Assembly: GCA_963624265.1 (NCBI GenBank)
Contig: CAVFPF010000063.1
Location: 17,059-81,058 of the forward strand
Length of the DNA stretch: 64,000 bases
Reading direction: 5' to 3'
Origin: a bacterium
GTDB lineage: Bacteria; Bacteroidota; Bacteroidia; Bacteroidales; UBA3663
Of the stretch, positions 55,428-64,000 are shown in pieces (within the stretch, counting starts at the first letter, position 1; every line of letters starts with the position of its first letter). Below the pieces are notes generated by a model that saw only the letters and a list, made by a program, of their open reading frames with translations, searched no databases and was not told where the DNA came from. The translations under genes were made by a program, and so were the position numbers.

Positions 55428-56276
55428 TTAAAGCAGGATGAGCGATACAATGCCGACGATAGCGCAATAGACGGCAAACCAAATGAGCTGACACTTCTTG
55501 ACCAATGTAATCATCACCCTACATGCCAAGCAGCCACTCACGAAGGCAGCCAAGAATCCCACTAGCATAACCATCGGATCAATCGGGTCGACAGCAGGAT
55601 GCTCCGCCAAATATTCGGCCGAAGGGAAGAAGATGTGACCAAAGTCTATCAATGCCTCTCCCAAAATGGGCGGAATAACCATCAAGAACGAGAACTGCGC
55701 CAAATCGGCTTTCTTGACGCCCAACAACAAACCCGTAGCAATAGTAGTGCCCGAACGTGACAGACCGGGCAGCACAGCTAGAGCCTGTGAAAGACCGATA
55801 ATGAAAGCATCTGTCATTGTAAGTGCACTCTTCTCCTTCGGACGGATATAGAACGAAAGTGTCAGCAGCAAAGCGGTAATGAGCAGACAAATCGGGACGA
55901 CATGAACGCCATTGAAAGCAGCTTCGACCCAGTCTTTCATCAGCAAGCCAACGATACCGATTGGAATCATCGATACCAGGATTTTGAGCGCATACCGCTG
56001 TTCTTCATTGAAACGGCTTAATGCACGGTCTACAGGAGGAGTCCCCTGAGGATGAAGCGGCTTGAAGAGACCCTTGAAAATCCAAGTCACCTCTTTGTGC
56101 AAGACAATGAGTGTAGAAAGTACTGTGGCCACGTGTACCACGATGCTGAAGGACAAACCGCCTCCGTCGATACCCAGCAGCCGTTGGCCCAACTGCAGAT
56201 GTCCACTACTGCTGACCGGAAGATATTCTGTCAAACCCTGAACGAGGCCCAATATGAGCGCTTGCGTGTAGTCCAT
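55428..56276 (-). CDS. uppP: Undecaprenyl-diphosphate phosphatase
   Basis: [18 protein letters not shown] and [10 protein letters not shown] are BacA/UppP motifs. Confidence 0.9.
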   Translation of the reverse strand: MDYTQALILGLVQGLTEYLPVSSSGHLQLGQRLLGIDGGGLSFSIVVHVATVLSTLIVLHKEVTWIFKGLFKPLHPQGTPPVDRALSRFNEEQRYALKILVSMIPIGIVGLLMKDWVEAAFNGVHVVPICLLITALLLTLSFYIRPKEKSALTMTDAFIIGLSQALAVLPGLSRSGTTIATGLLLGVKKADLAQFSFLMVIPPILGEALIDFGHIFFPSAEYLAEHPAVDPIDPMVMLVGFLAAFVSGCLACRVMITLVKKCQLIWFAVYCAIVGIVSLILL

Positions 56277-56338
56277 AATAACTTAACTTATTGACTTTGT
56301 GTTTGTTGTTCGTATTCTCTTTGTGTCTGGTAAAAGCA

Positions 56339-56593
56339 TCACGCCTCCACCTGTGATTCAGTATTGGCAGTGGCCTTCTTTCCCGGGCGTTTTACACAGA
56401 TGCCCACAGCCATCAGCAGATACCCGAAAAAGCAGATGTTAGGAGCATAGACGACCCGCATGTCGCTGAAGACATCGGGATTGAAATTCTCGGGAGTACT
56501 TGGTTCGCCTCCCATCAAGAAGAACCCAATCAAAATCATAAGGGCAGCAATGCCCATAATGATGAAATTCAGTTTGTCAAGACACAGTCGCAT
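56339..56593 (-). CDS. Small membrane protein, DUF3098-like
   Basis: The 84-aa ORF has two TM helices. It sits in the conserved Bacteroidetes position between ftsX and uppP. Confidence 0.6.
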   Translation of the reverse strand: MRLCLDKLNFIIMGIAALMILIGFFLMGGEPSTPENFNPDVFSDMRVVYAPNICFFGYLLMAVGICVKRPGKKATANTESQVEA

Positions 56594-56613
56594 ATTATGT
56601 TGTTTTTATTTGT

Positions 56614-57516
56614 TTACATCAAATAGAGTTCGTCGGTCGTGCAGTACAGATATCGGTTGGCGGCCATCCACGCGGCCAAGCCCGGGATAAGCATCCCAAT
56701 GGCCACCATCCCACCAGCTACAGCGGCCACATGAACCGGATTGAGGATAAGTTGGGCAAAAGCCTTGACGGCGCTACCCGTCGAGTCAAGCCCAAAATAG
56801 AGCAACACCGCTATGGCGACCATCGCGGCAAATGCAGCTATCAGCCCCTGCCGCACCTGACACATGACAAAAGGTCGGCGTATAAACCAGTTGGTAGCAC
56901 CCACCAGGCGCATCGTGCCAATCAGGAAGCGGTCAGCATGGAGAGCCAAATGAACCGTATTGCTAACCAGCGTCATACTAATCAGCATCAATACGGCGGC
57001 AAGAATGAGCAAGAAGATGCCAAACCTATTCATATTGGCATTGACGGCATCGAGCAAATCCGGATTGTAGTCAAAGGCATCAATCTTTCCCCCTGCCTCC
57101 TTCGATAGTCTGCCGACGATGCTCTCTACACTGTCACGGCGTGCATAGTCGGCCTTGAGTCTGAACTCCACACTGGCCTGCAGCGGATTATAGCCCAAAA
57201 ACTCCTCCGGGCTCTCCCCCAGTTCACGCGTGACAATATGCAAAGCGCTGTCTGCACTGATAAAGACCGCATCCGAGGTATAATCGGCCGTTTTCAACTT
57301 GGCCAGCAATTGTTGTGCATAGCGGTCGCCGGCAGACTCGTTGAGCGTGATGGTAACCGTAAACTGTTCGCGCATCACTTTCGATAGACCTGCCACAGCG
57401 AGAGCTCCCAACGCACCGATACCCAAAACAAAAAGCACCAAAGCAACAGATAGGGTCGATGTGAAACGCGCCCCTAATTTCTTCTTTTTTGGCTTATACT
57501 GACTAGATGCCGACAT
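56614..57516 (-). CDS. ftsX: Cell division protein FtsX-like permease
   Basis: The 300-aa ORF has an N-terminal TM helix, a periplasmic loop and three C-terminal TM helices, with the MRLVGATNWFIRRPF motif. Confidence 0.8.
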   Translation of the reverse strand: MSASSQYKPKKKKLGARFTSTLSVALVLFVLGIGALGALAVAGLSKVMREQFTVTITLNESAGDRYAQQLLAKLKTADYTSDAVFISADSALHIVTRELGESPEEFLGYNPLQASVEFRLKADYARRDSVESIVGRLSKEAGGKIDAFDYNPDLLDAVNANMNRFGIFLLILAAVLMLISMTLVSNTVHLALHADRFLIGTMRLVGATNWFIRRPFVMCQVRQGLIAAFAAMVAIAVLLYFGLDSTGSAVKAFAQLILNPVHVAAVAGGMVAIGMLIPGLAAWMAANRYLYCTTDELYLM

Positions 57517-57701
57517 GCTGGTCTATGTGAGAAATATAACTTTGTGATTGGGCTTTCGCGTGTGGCGTGCGCACGGATGCTCACGAGGGCAGAGTACCCA
57601 AAAACGGTGCAAATTTAAGTACAAAAAGAGCAGAATGCAACTTTTCTATCATAAAAAACAAAAAATCAGGGCTTTTTGGAACCATTTTGAAAAATTTAGC
57701 C

Positions 57702-57709
57702 TATTTTTG
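57702..57709 (+). promoter_or_regulatory. Candidate -7 box TATTTTTG for the rhomboid pair
   Basis: gcctatttttgcagcc lies about 80 nt before the ATG at 57785. Confidence 0.4.
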
Positions 57710-57784
57710 CAGCCATATTTCTGCAAACGATTGAATTTGCAGAAAGAAAAACAATTAGAAATACAGCCATTTGACCCTTCACAC

Positions 57785-58507
57785 ATGATTAATTTGTCCG
57801 GACGTTCGGTGACCAGTGTCACCCTCCATCTGCTCATCATCAACACACTTCTACTGGCAGCCTCGTCTATCTTCGCCAATAGGGGCATTGACCTGAACGA
57901 CCTGCTCGGCCTGCACTATTACGCTTCCGACCGTTTCCACTGGTGGCAATTCGTCACCTATATGTTCATGCATGGCAACTTCAGCCACCTCTTCAACAAC
58001 ATGTTTACACTCTATATGTTCGGGCGTTTGCTTGAGATGGTATGGGGCGAGCGGAGGTACATTATCTACTACCTCGTCACGGGCATCGGAGCCGGCATCG
58101 TGCAGCAACTGGCTTGGCGCTACGATATGGGCGAGATGGTAAGCGAGGTGCTGCAGCAGAACCCCGACAGTACATTTACTTACGGCGAACTTATTAGGGA
58201 GGGCCTCAGCATCGTTGGCTACGGCCGATTCACGGTCGACCATTTAGTCACCGTCGGAGCATCGGGCTCTGTATTCGGCATCCTGTTGGCTTTCGGTATG
58301 ATGTTTCCGGACGCACGCATCCTGTTGCTCATCCCTCCTATCCCTATGAAAGCCAAGTGGCTGGTCATTCTCTATGGTCTCTTCGAACTCTTTGCCGGCA
58401 TACACGGCATCCAGACGGGTGTGGCTCATTTCGCTCACCTGGGCGGCATGCTATTCGGCTTCTTCCTCATCCAACTATGGAAGAAGGACAAACGTTGGCA
58501 GTTCTAA
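57785..58507 (+). CDS. Rhomboid-family intramembrane serine protease
   Basis: GASGSVFG holds the catalytic Ser and HFAHLGGMLFG the catalytic His. The start is set at the ATG at 57785. The track ORF starts at the TTG at 57548, inside the promoter region. Confidence 0.85.
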   Translation: MINLSGRSVTSVTLHLLIINTLLLAASSIFANRGIDLNDLLGLHYYASDRFHWWQFVTYMFMHGNFSHLFNNMFTLYMFGRLLEMVWGERRYIIYYLVTGIGAGIVQQLAWRYDMGEMVSEVLQQNPDSTFTYGELIREGLSIVGYGRFTVDHLVTVGASGSVFGILLAFGMMFPDARILLLIPPIPMKAKWLVILYGLFELFAGIHGIQTGVAHFAHLGGMLFGFFLIQLWKKDKRWQF

Positions 58508-58528
58508 TCCTTCCGCACCTATGACGTT

Positions 58529-59470
58529 ATGGGTATGAATGCATACATACAGAAATACAAGCAACTTGACCTGCCGGGACGACTGATTGCCATCAACGTG
58601 TGTGTGTGGGTCGTCGTGCAGTTGCTGCGCCTGGTTGTCTTCCTCTTCTCGGGTTCGGATTTCCATTGGCAAGGTGCTTTGGCCTTACACGCCAACCCAA
58701 ACGAATTCCTCTACACTCCGTGGACGATTGTCACCTACTTCTTCGTCCATGCCAATTTTGGGGACAACGTCTTTCACATCGTCTTCAACATGCTCTGGCT
58801 TTGGTGGTTCGGCAAATTTTTCTTGCGCTACCATACTGGGCGTCAGCTACTGGGCGTCTACCTGATGGGAGGACTCGTAGCGGGTGCTTTCTATCTGTTG
58901 TGCTTCAACACTTTCCCTTACCTTCACTCGCTTGCCACAACCCCGTTTGAAATGGGTCCGTGCGTAGTGGGGGCTTCGGGCGCCATCTTCGCACTCGTAG
59001 CAGCCGTAGCCATGCGCCAACCCGACGAAGCCATCTATCTCAACTTCTTCGTGCGTGTCGTACCCATCCGGATGAAATGGTTCGCCCTGGCGGCATTGGT
59101 CATCAATCTGATGAATCTGGCAGGAGGCGAGAATACGGGCGGCATCCTCTGCCATTTGGGCGGTATGGGCTTCGGTTGCGCTTTCGGCTATATGGAGCGA
59201 AAGGGCGTCGATTTGACACGCCATTTCAACTTGATGTGCGACAGTGTGGTCAATCTCTTTCGCAAGAAACCCAAGCTAAAGGCCTCACCAGGAGGCAAAC
59301 CACACGTGTACCACGACCGGCAGGCCGACCATGACTACAATCACCGGCAGAAGGAGCGTCAAGACCGCATCGATGCAATTCTCGACAAGATAAGCAAAGA
59401 GGGCTACGAGGGGCTGACCGCCGAGGAGAAAGCCCTGTTGTTCGACTCGTCGAACCGCCGGAATCGGTGA
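58529..59470 (+). CDS. Rhomboid-family protein with a charged C-terminal extension
   Basis: GASGAIFA and CHLGGMGFG are the catalytic motifs. The C-terminal tail reads IDAILDKISKEGYEGLTAEEKALLF. Confidence 0.8.
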   Translation: MGMNAYIQKYKQLDLPGRLIAINVCVWVVVQLLRLVVFLFSGSDFHWQGALALHANPNEFLYTPWTIVTYFFVHANFGDNVFHIVFNMLWLWWFGKFFLRYHTGRQLLGVYLMGGLVAGAFYLLCFNTFPYLHSLATTPFEMGPCVVGASGAIFALVAAVAMRQPDEAIYLNFFVRVVPIRMKWFALAALVINLMNLAGGENTGGILCHLGGMGFGCAFGYMERKGVDLTRHFNLMCDSVVNLFRKKPKLKASPGGKPHVYHDRQADHDYNHRQKERQDRIDAILDKISKEGYEGLTAEEKALLFDSSNRRNR

Positions 59471-59528
59471 TATTGCTAAAAAACGACAAATAATCGGCTA
59501 AAAATTTCGGTATATGGATTATTTGCTG

Positions 59529-59536
59529 TAACTTTG
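59529..59536 (+). promoter_or_regulatory. Candidate -7 box TAACTTTG for glyQS
   Basis: ctgtaactttgcgtgc implies a leader of about 125 nt. Confidence 0.4.
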
Positions 59537-59668
59537 CGTGCATAAATGCGCCCTCGGCCACCGGCTCGGCTATGGCCTTACGTGTGCAACGGAAGTAAGA
59601 GGTTCGGCATTAAGCCGTACAAAAGCCAAACTGCCGTACAAATTGCAACTAAATAAAAAATAGATATT

Positions 59669-61231
59669 ATGGCAACTCAAGAAGAAGTATTCAAGAAGCT
59701 CGTCTCGCATTGTAAGGAGTACGGCTTTGTGTTCCCCTCAAGTGAAATCTACGATGGTCTCGGAGCCGTCTATGATTATGGACAGAACGGCGTCGAGCTC
59801 AAGAACAACATCAAGCGCTATTGGTGGGAGGCTATGACCAAACTCCATGAGAACATCGTGGGCATTGATGCCGCCATCTTTATGCACCCCACAACCTGGA
59901 AGGCTTCCGGCCACGTCGATGCATTCAACGACCCTCTGATTGACAACCGCGATTCAAAGAAGCGCTACCGCGCAGACGTGCTCATCGAGGAGCAACTCGC
60001 CAAGTATGAGGATAAAATCAATAAGGAAGTCGAGAAGGCCGCCAAGAAATTCGGTGACAGTTTCGACGAGGCCAAGTTCCGTGCCACCAACCCACGCGTA
60101 CTGGAGCACACTGCCAAATACGAGAACTTGCACAAGCGCTATCAAGAGGTGATGAACGCTCCTGGCGGCATCGACCTTGAGGGCATGAAGCAAATCATCC
60201 TCGACGAGCAGATTACCGACCCTATCAGCGGCACGCGCAATTGGACAGACGTCCGTCAGTTCAACCTCATGTTCTCGACTGAGATGGGTTCGACCGCCGA
60301 CAGTTCTCTCAAGATCTACCTCCGTCCGGAGACGGCACAAGGCATCTTCGTCAATTACCTGAATGTGCAGAAGACGGGACGCATGAAGCTTCCTTTCGGT
60401 ATCGCCCAGATTGGCAAGGCATTCCGCAACGAGATTGTAGCGCGCCAGTTCATCTTCCGTATGCGCGAATTTGAGCAGATGGAGATGCAGTTCTTTATCA
60501 AGCCCGGCACCGAACTCGACTGGTTCGCCAAGTGGAAGAAGACCCGTTTGGCCTGGCATTTGGCTTTGGGCTTTGGCGATGACATGTACCGCTTCCACGA
60601 CCATGACAAGTTGGCACACTACGCCAATGCCGCTACCGATATTGAGTTCAAGATGCCTTTCGGCTTCAAGGAGGTAGAGGGTATTCACTCCCGCACCAAC
60701 TTCGACCTCAGCCAACACGCCAAATACAGCGGCAAGAAAATTGAGTACTTCGACCCCGAAAAGAACGAAAGCTACACACCCTACGTCATCGAGACTTCTA
60801 TCGGCGTAGACCGTATGTTCCTATCGGTGATGGCAGCCTGCTACAAAGAGGAGACCGTCGGCGATACCGGCGAAACCCGCATCGTGTTGGCTTTGCCTCC
60901 GGCTTTGGCTCCTGTCAAGGTCGCTATCCTGCCGCTCGTCAACAAAGACGGACTGCCGGAGAAGGCCGAAGAAATCCTCAAGTTGCTGCGCTACGACTAC
61001 ACTTGTCAAGTGGAAGTTAAAGATTCTATCGGCAAGCGTTACCGCCGTCAGGATGCCATCGGCACGCCTTATTGCATCACGGTCGATGGACAGACCCTCA
61101 CCGACAATACGGTGACTCTCCGCTATCGCGACAGTATGCAGCAAGAACGTGTAGCTATCTGCGATTTGCACCGCATCATCGGTGACAGCGTCAACATCTC
61201 ATCTCTACTCCGCAAGATTGAAAACGACTGA
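59669..61231 (+). CDS. glyQS: Glycine--tRNA ligase (dimeric class II type)
   Basis: SSEIYDGLGAVYDYGQNGVELKNNIK, the class II motifs (FRNEI, RMREFEQMEMQFF) and a C-terminal anticodon-binding domain are present. Confidence 0.92.
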   Translation: MATQEEVFKKLVSHCKEYGFVFPSSEIYDGLGAVYDYGQNGVELKNNIKRYWWEAMTKLHENIVGIDAAIFMHPTTWKASGHVDAFNDPLIDNRDSKKRYRADVLIEEQLAKYEDKINKEVEKAAKKFGDSFDEAKFRATNPRVLEHTAKYENLHKRYQEVMNAPGGIDLEGMKQIILDEQITDPISGTRNWTDVRQFNLMFSTEMGSTADSSLKIYLRPETAQGIFVNYLNVQKTGRMKLPFGIAQIGKAFRNEIVARQFIFRMREFEQMEMQFFIKPGTELDWFAKWKKTRLAWHLALGFGDDMYRFHDHDKLAHYANAATDIEFKMPFGFKEVEGIHSRTNFDLSQHAKYSGKKIEYFDPEKNESYTPYVIETSIGVDRMFLSVMAACYKEETVGDTGETRIVLALPPALAPVKVAILPLVNKDGLPEKAEEILKLLRYDYTCQVEVKDSIGKRYRRQDAIGTPYCITVDGQTLTDNTVTLRYRDSMQQERVAICDLHRIIGDSVNISSLLRKIEND

Positions 61232-61277
61232 TTTCTGCGGACGCAGACTCACACTTCCGTGTAAAAGAAACCGCGTA

Positions 61278-62018
61278 ATGGCCAATCCTATGCTGTCACT
61301 ACCGAAAAGAAGACTTTTCACATCGCTGCTCACACTGGCCGCCAGCCTTGGCGGATTCTCGGCATGTAATGACGATAATACGGTCGACTACACACAGTAC
61401 TACGACCGCCGCGACCGCTTTAACCAGTTGTCGCGCAACCTACTGTCAGACATCATCGAGCTAGGCGAATCTGCCTACTTTACCGATAGCCTACCGTGCA
61501 TCACAGAGCCGTATGCCTACAGCTCTGTGCGCCGGGTTCTGCAGACCGCCAACGAAGACAGTCTGCGTGCCATTGGCAAGTGGTACTGTCCCTACTACAC
61601 CAGTACAGTCTCTGTCCATTATACCCTCTTCGACCCGGACAGCGTTTGCGCCCGCTTTGAGGAGTATGATGTCTTCAATGACCAGGCCCAACGCAATGAT
61701 GCCGACATCATGAACCGGATATTCGGCATAGGTTATATCGCCACCGACCCGGAGTATGCCGTCAAGGCCGATACGCTCGAATCCTATCAAGTGCAGCGCT
61801 ATGAGGGCATCACCTGCAGCAGTGTCATCAAGGGATGGGCCGACTGCTTGCAGCACATGCATATCGGCGACCGCTGGTTGGTACACATTCCCTGGTATCT
61901 GGCATACGGCCAGGCCGGAGGCTCGAGCGTCAAACCATATTCCAATCTCTTTTTCATCATCGAACTCTGCGATATCACCTATTGGGGCGGTACCGTCAAG
62001 CGAAACGAACAGCAATAA
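61278..62018 (+). CDS. FKBP-type peptidyl-prolyl isomerase lipoprotein
   Basis: There is a lipoprotein signal (LAASLGGFSAC). The C-terminal VIKGWADCLQHMHIGDRWLVHIPWYLAYG...NLFFIIEL matches the FKBP core pattern. The start is set at the ATG at 61278. Confidence 0.6.
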   Translation: MANPMLSLPKRRLFTSLLTLAASLGGFSACNDDNTVDYTQYYDRRDRFNQLSRNLLSDIIELGESAYFTDSLPCITEPYAYSSVRRVLQTANEDSLRAIGKWYCPYYTSTVSVHYTLFDPDSVCARFEEYDVFNDQAQRNDADIMNRIFGIGYIATDPEYAVKADTLESYQVQRYEGITCSSVIKGWADCLQHMHIGDRWLVHIPWYLAYGQAGGSSVKPYSNLFFIIELCDITYWGGTVKRNEQQ

Positions 62019-62060
62019 GGTTAAAGGCGGTTTTTTGAGAATAGTACTCATTTGCCCATG

Positions 62061-62114
62061 ACTATAATGTCAAAGCCCCGAGAGAACAATGTCTCGGGGC
62101 TTTGACATTATAGT
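62061..62114. terminator. Bidirectional terminator hairpin between convergent genes
   Basis: A perfect 23-bp inverted repeat (actataatgtcaaagccccgaga / tctcggggctttgacattatagt) has an 8-nt loop and is followed by cgtttttg. Confidence 0.75.
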
Positions 62115-62163
62115 CGTTTTTGTATGCATTTGAAGGGCGCTGGGCAGCTCTCCCTAATTCCTG

Positions 62164-63612
62164 TCAAACGGTCGTATTCGAACAACTGCGGCATTGCCGC
62201 TCCAGTTCGCCGCGGAAGCGTTTCTCGACCAGCGATTTCAAGCGCACCTTGAGGGGTTCGATACGGATGCCTTCGATAACATCGGCCATGAAGGCGAACT
62301 TGAGGAGCATACGGGCTTCCTCCTCGGGGATACCGCGCGTACACATATAAAAGAGTGCCTGACGGTCGAGCTGCCCCACGGTAGCTCCATGACTGCACTT
62401 CACATCATCGGCATAGATTTCGAGTTCTGGACGTGCTATCATACGTGCTTCAGGCGAGAGACACAGATTGCGGCTTGTCTGGCTTGCATCAGTCCGGTCG
62501 CTTCCCTTGCGCACCAATATACGGCCCAAGAAGGAGCCTTTAGCCAGTCCGTCGAGTGTATATCTGAAGAGTTCGCTGCTTTGGCAGTCCGGCACACGAT
62601 GGTCGACAAAGGTGATATTGTCCAAACGCTGCGCAGCATCAAGCGTGGCCATACCATATAGTCTCACCTGTGCTCCGGGACCGTCGAGTGCAACTTGTAC
62701 ACGATTGCGTGTCTGACCGACATTGAGGGCATACTGGCCAAGGTCGACCTCCGAACCACGTTGCTGATACAAATAAATCTGACCCAATCGATGGGCGTGA
62801 GCATGATGATCCTGAAGGCTGTAGAACTGCAGCGAGGCATCCTCCCCCACAAAGATTTCCGTAGTCTGCAAGCTGAGCAAATCCGGATAGACATAAGCGG
62901 CACGTCCGTCTGTCTCGGTCTGCACCAAGGGCTGGCCATCCTCTGCCGTCTTGGGCAGAAGGCTGGCATGCTCGCAGACCAGGAGATTGGCCGATGCACG
63001 GTTTCCTATGATGACCAAAAGACGCTGTACGGCCATAAAATCCTCGACAGAACGCAACAGACTAATCAACTGTAGCGGACGCTTGACCTGTACCCCATCA
63101 GGCACATAGAGTACAAAACCGTCTTGACATAGCATGGTGTTGAGAGCACTCTCACCCAGCGAACAGGCCGTATAGCCTGCCGAACGGGGGTCTCCCGTGT
63201 CGAGTCGGCTACCGGCCAGCCGATTGTAATACTGCTGTATCACCTCCGGGTGCGACACGGCGAACTCCCGCAGACTACCGGCATAGTAACTGTCATCAGC
63301 CACCTTGTCCGTAGTACCCGTATACTGCTCGTTGGTCAAGAAGTGGACATTGGTACTCAACTCAGGGACCGTACAAGTGAAAGGTCCTTCCTGGCCTAAC
63401 GGCACCGTATGGCGAGCCAGATTGAGCGAATAGTCGGCTGCCAGAAGTTGCTCCGGGTCGACGTGTGAGAAGTCGTGCGGACGATGCAGTCCGATGCAGC
63501 CGAGCTGTCGGGCGGCCTCTTCCCGCAAGGCATTCAAAGCCGGTGCCGAATGGGCATTGATGAGGTCCTTCTGGCTGCGGTATAAATCGATGTATTGCTT
63601 TTCGGCAGACAT
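62164..63612 (-). CDS. sufD: Fe-S cluster assembly protein SufD
   Basis: The C-terminal SHGATVGQLDRQALFYMCTRGIPEEEARMLL motif is present. The probable start is Met MSAEKQYIDLY at 63612; the track ORF extends to 63678. Confidence 0.85.
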   Translation of the reverse strand: MSAEKQYIDLYRSQKDLINAHSAPALNALREEAARQLGCIGLHRPHDFSHVDPEQLLAADYSLNLARHTVPLGQEGPFTCTVPELSTNVHFLTNEQYTGTTDKVADDSYYAGSLREFAVSHPEVIQQYYNRLAGSRLDTGDPRSAGYTACSLGESALNTMLCQDGFVLYVPDGVQVKRPLQLISLLRSVEDFMAVQRLLVIIGNRASANLLVCEHASLLPKTAEDGQPLVQTETDGRAAYVYPDLLSLQTTEIFVGEDASLQFYSLQDHHAHAHRLGQIYLYQQRGSEVDLGQYALNVGQTRNRVQVALDGPGAQVRLYGMATLDAAQRLDNITFVDHRVPDCQSSELFRYTLDGLAKGSFLGRILVRKGSDRTDASQTSRNLCLSPEARMIARPELEIYADDVKCSHGATVGQLDRQALFYMCTRGIPEEEARMLLKFAFMADVIEGIRIEPLKVRLKSLVEKRFRGELERQCRSCSNTTV

Positions 63613-63634
63613 ATCGCGTTGGCTTTCTGAGTTA

Positions 63635-64000
63635 TTATTCTCCGACCTCCTGTCTGATCCAGTCAAAACCTTCGGCAAAGATGCGGTCGGCCAGTTCGGG
63701 CCCGCCGTCTTTCACGATGCGACCTTTGTAGACGATGTGCACGAACTGCGGACCTACATATTCAAGCAGCTTCTGGTAGTGTGTGATGACAATAGAAGAG
63801 CGGTCTGCTGATTTGAGACGATTGACACCGTCGCTCACAACGCGTAGGGCATCGACATCGAGTCCGGAGTCGGTCTCGTCGAGGATGCTTAAAGTTGGCT
63901 CGAGCATGGCCATCTGAAAGATTTCATTGCGTTTCTTCTCTCCACCCGAGAATCCTTCGTTGACGGAACGGTTGGCCAATTTGTTGTCCAACTGCACCAC
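63635..64000 (-). CDS. sufC: Fe-S cluster assembly ATPase SufC, partial; the N-terminus lies beyond the right window edge
   Basis: FSGGEKKRNEIFQMAMLEPTLSILDETDSGLD carries the ABC signature and Walker B, followed by ITHYQKLL. Confidence 0.88.
   Translation of the reverse strand: MVQLDNKLANRSVNEGFSGGEKKRNEIFQMAMLEPTLSILDETDSGLDVDALRVVSDGVNRLKSADRSSIVITHYQKLLEYVGPQFVHIVYKGRIVKDGGPELADRIFAEGFDWIRQEVGE

Noticed and set aside
59471-59668. A T-box or known riboswitch upstream of glyQS. The same question was asked for alaS, nadB and thiL.
   Set aside because: I could not recognise a specifier loop, a T-box sequence or TPP/NAD riboswitch cores by eye. Only a generic structured leader remains, and it is reported above as a low-interest finding.
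40095-64000. A hidden accessory or defence system in the right-hand third of the window.
   Set aside because: Every sizeable ORF there has a clear housekeeping identity, and the order matches the conserved Bacteroidetes ftsX-uppP-truB-queA neighbourhood. Gaps are short and are explained by promoters and terminators.

Overview
The window looks like a Bacteroidales chromosome segment, probably Prevotellaceae-like. The taxon is inferred from four things: TAnnTTTG -7 promoter boxes, T9SS C-terminal sorting tails, a type III glutamine synthetase with a GT3 glycogen synthase, and the ftsX-DUF3098-uppP-truB-queA gene order.

Contents from left to right:
- 1-5.8 kb, minus strand: a tightly packed glycan-synthesis operon with three GT2 enzymes, a hexapeptide acetyltransferase, a GT10 fucosyltransferase and two more distant fucosyltransferase-like proteins.
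- 6.4-18.8 kb: core metabolism and translation genes (glycogen synthase, alpha-glucan phosphorylase, mdh, a DUF1573 protein, alaS, type III glnA).
- 19-28.4 kb: two large CE8 pectinesterase-family proteins with T9SS tails, followed by a membrane-anchored propeller/Y_Y_Y/AraC regulator.
- 29.2 kb: rpsU.
- 29.7-40 kb, plus strand: a surface-polymer locus that combines Wza/Wzc-type export proteins, a Wzm/Wzt-type ABC transporter, an aminotransferase, a TagF-type glycerophosphotransferase and two paralogous glycosyltransferases.
- 40-64 kb: housekeeping genes (C69 and M23 peptidases, ychF, nadB, mnmA, thiL, PNP, lpxK, sppA, folK, queA, truB, uppP, ftsX, two rhomboids, glyQS, an FKBP lipoprotein, sufD, sufC).

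I saw no tRNA or rRNA genes, CRISPR arrays, transposases, integrases or recognisable defence systems.

The two best candidates for something new are:
1. The hybrid export and TagF-like locus at 29.7-40 kb.
2. Direct-repeat arrays phased at exactly 22 bp in three intergenic regions, upstream of both CE8 genes and of the fucosyltransferase operon. These are plausibly operators for the adjacent AraC-type sensor.

All functional calls come from reading motifs in the supplied translations. No database search was run.
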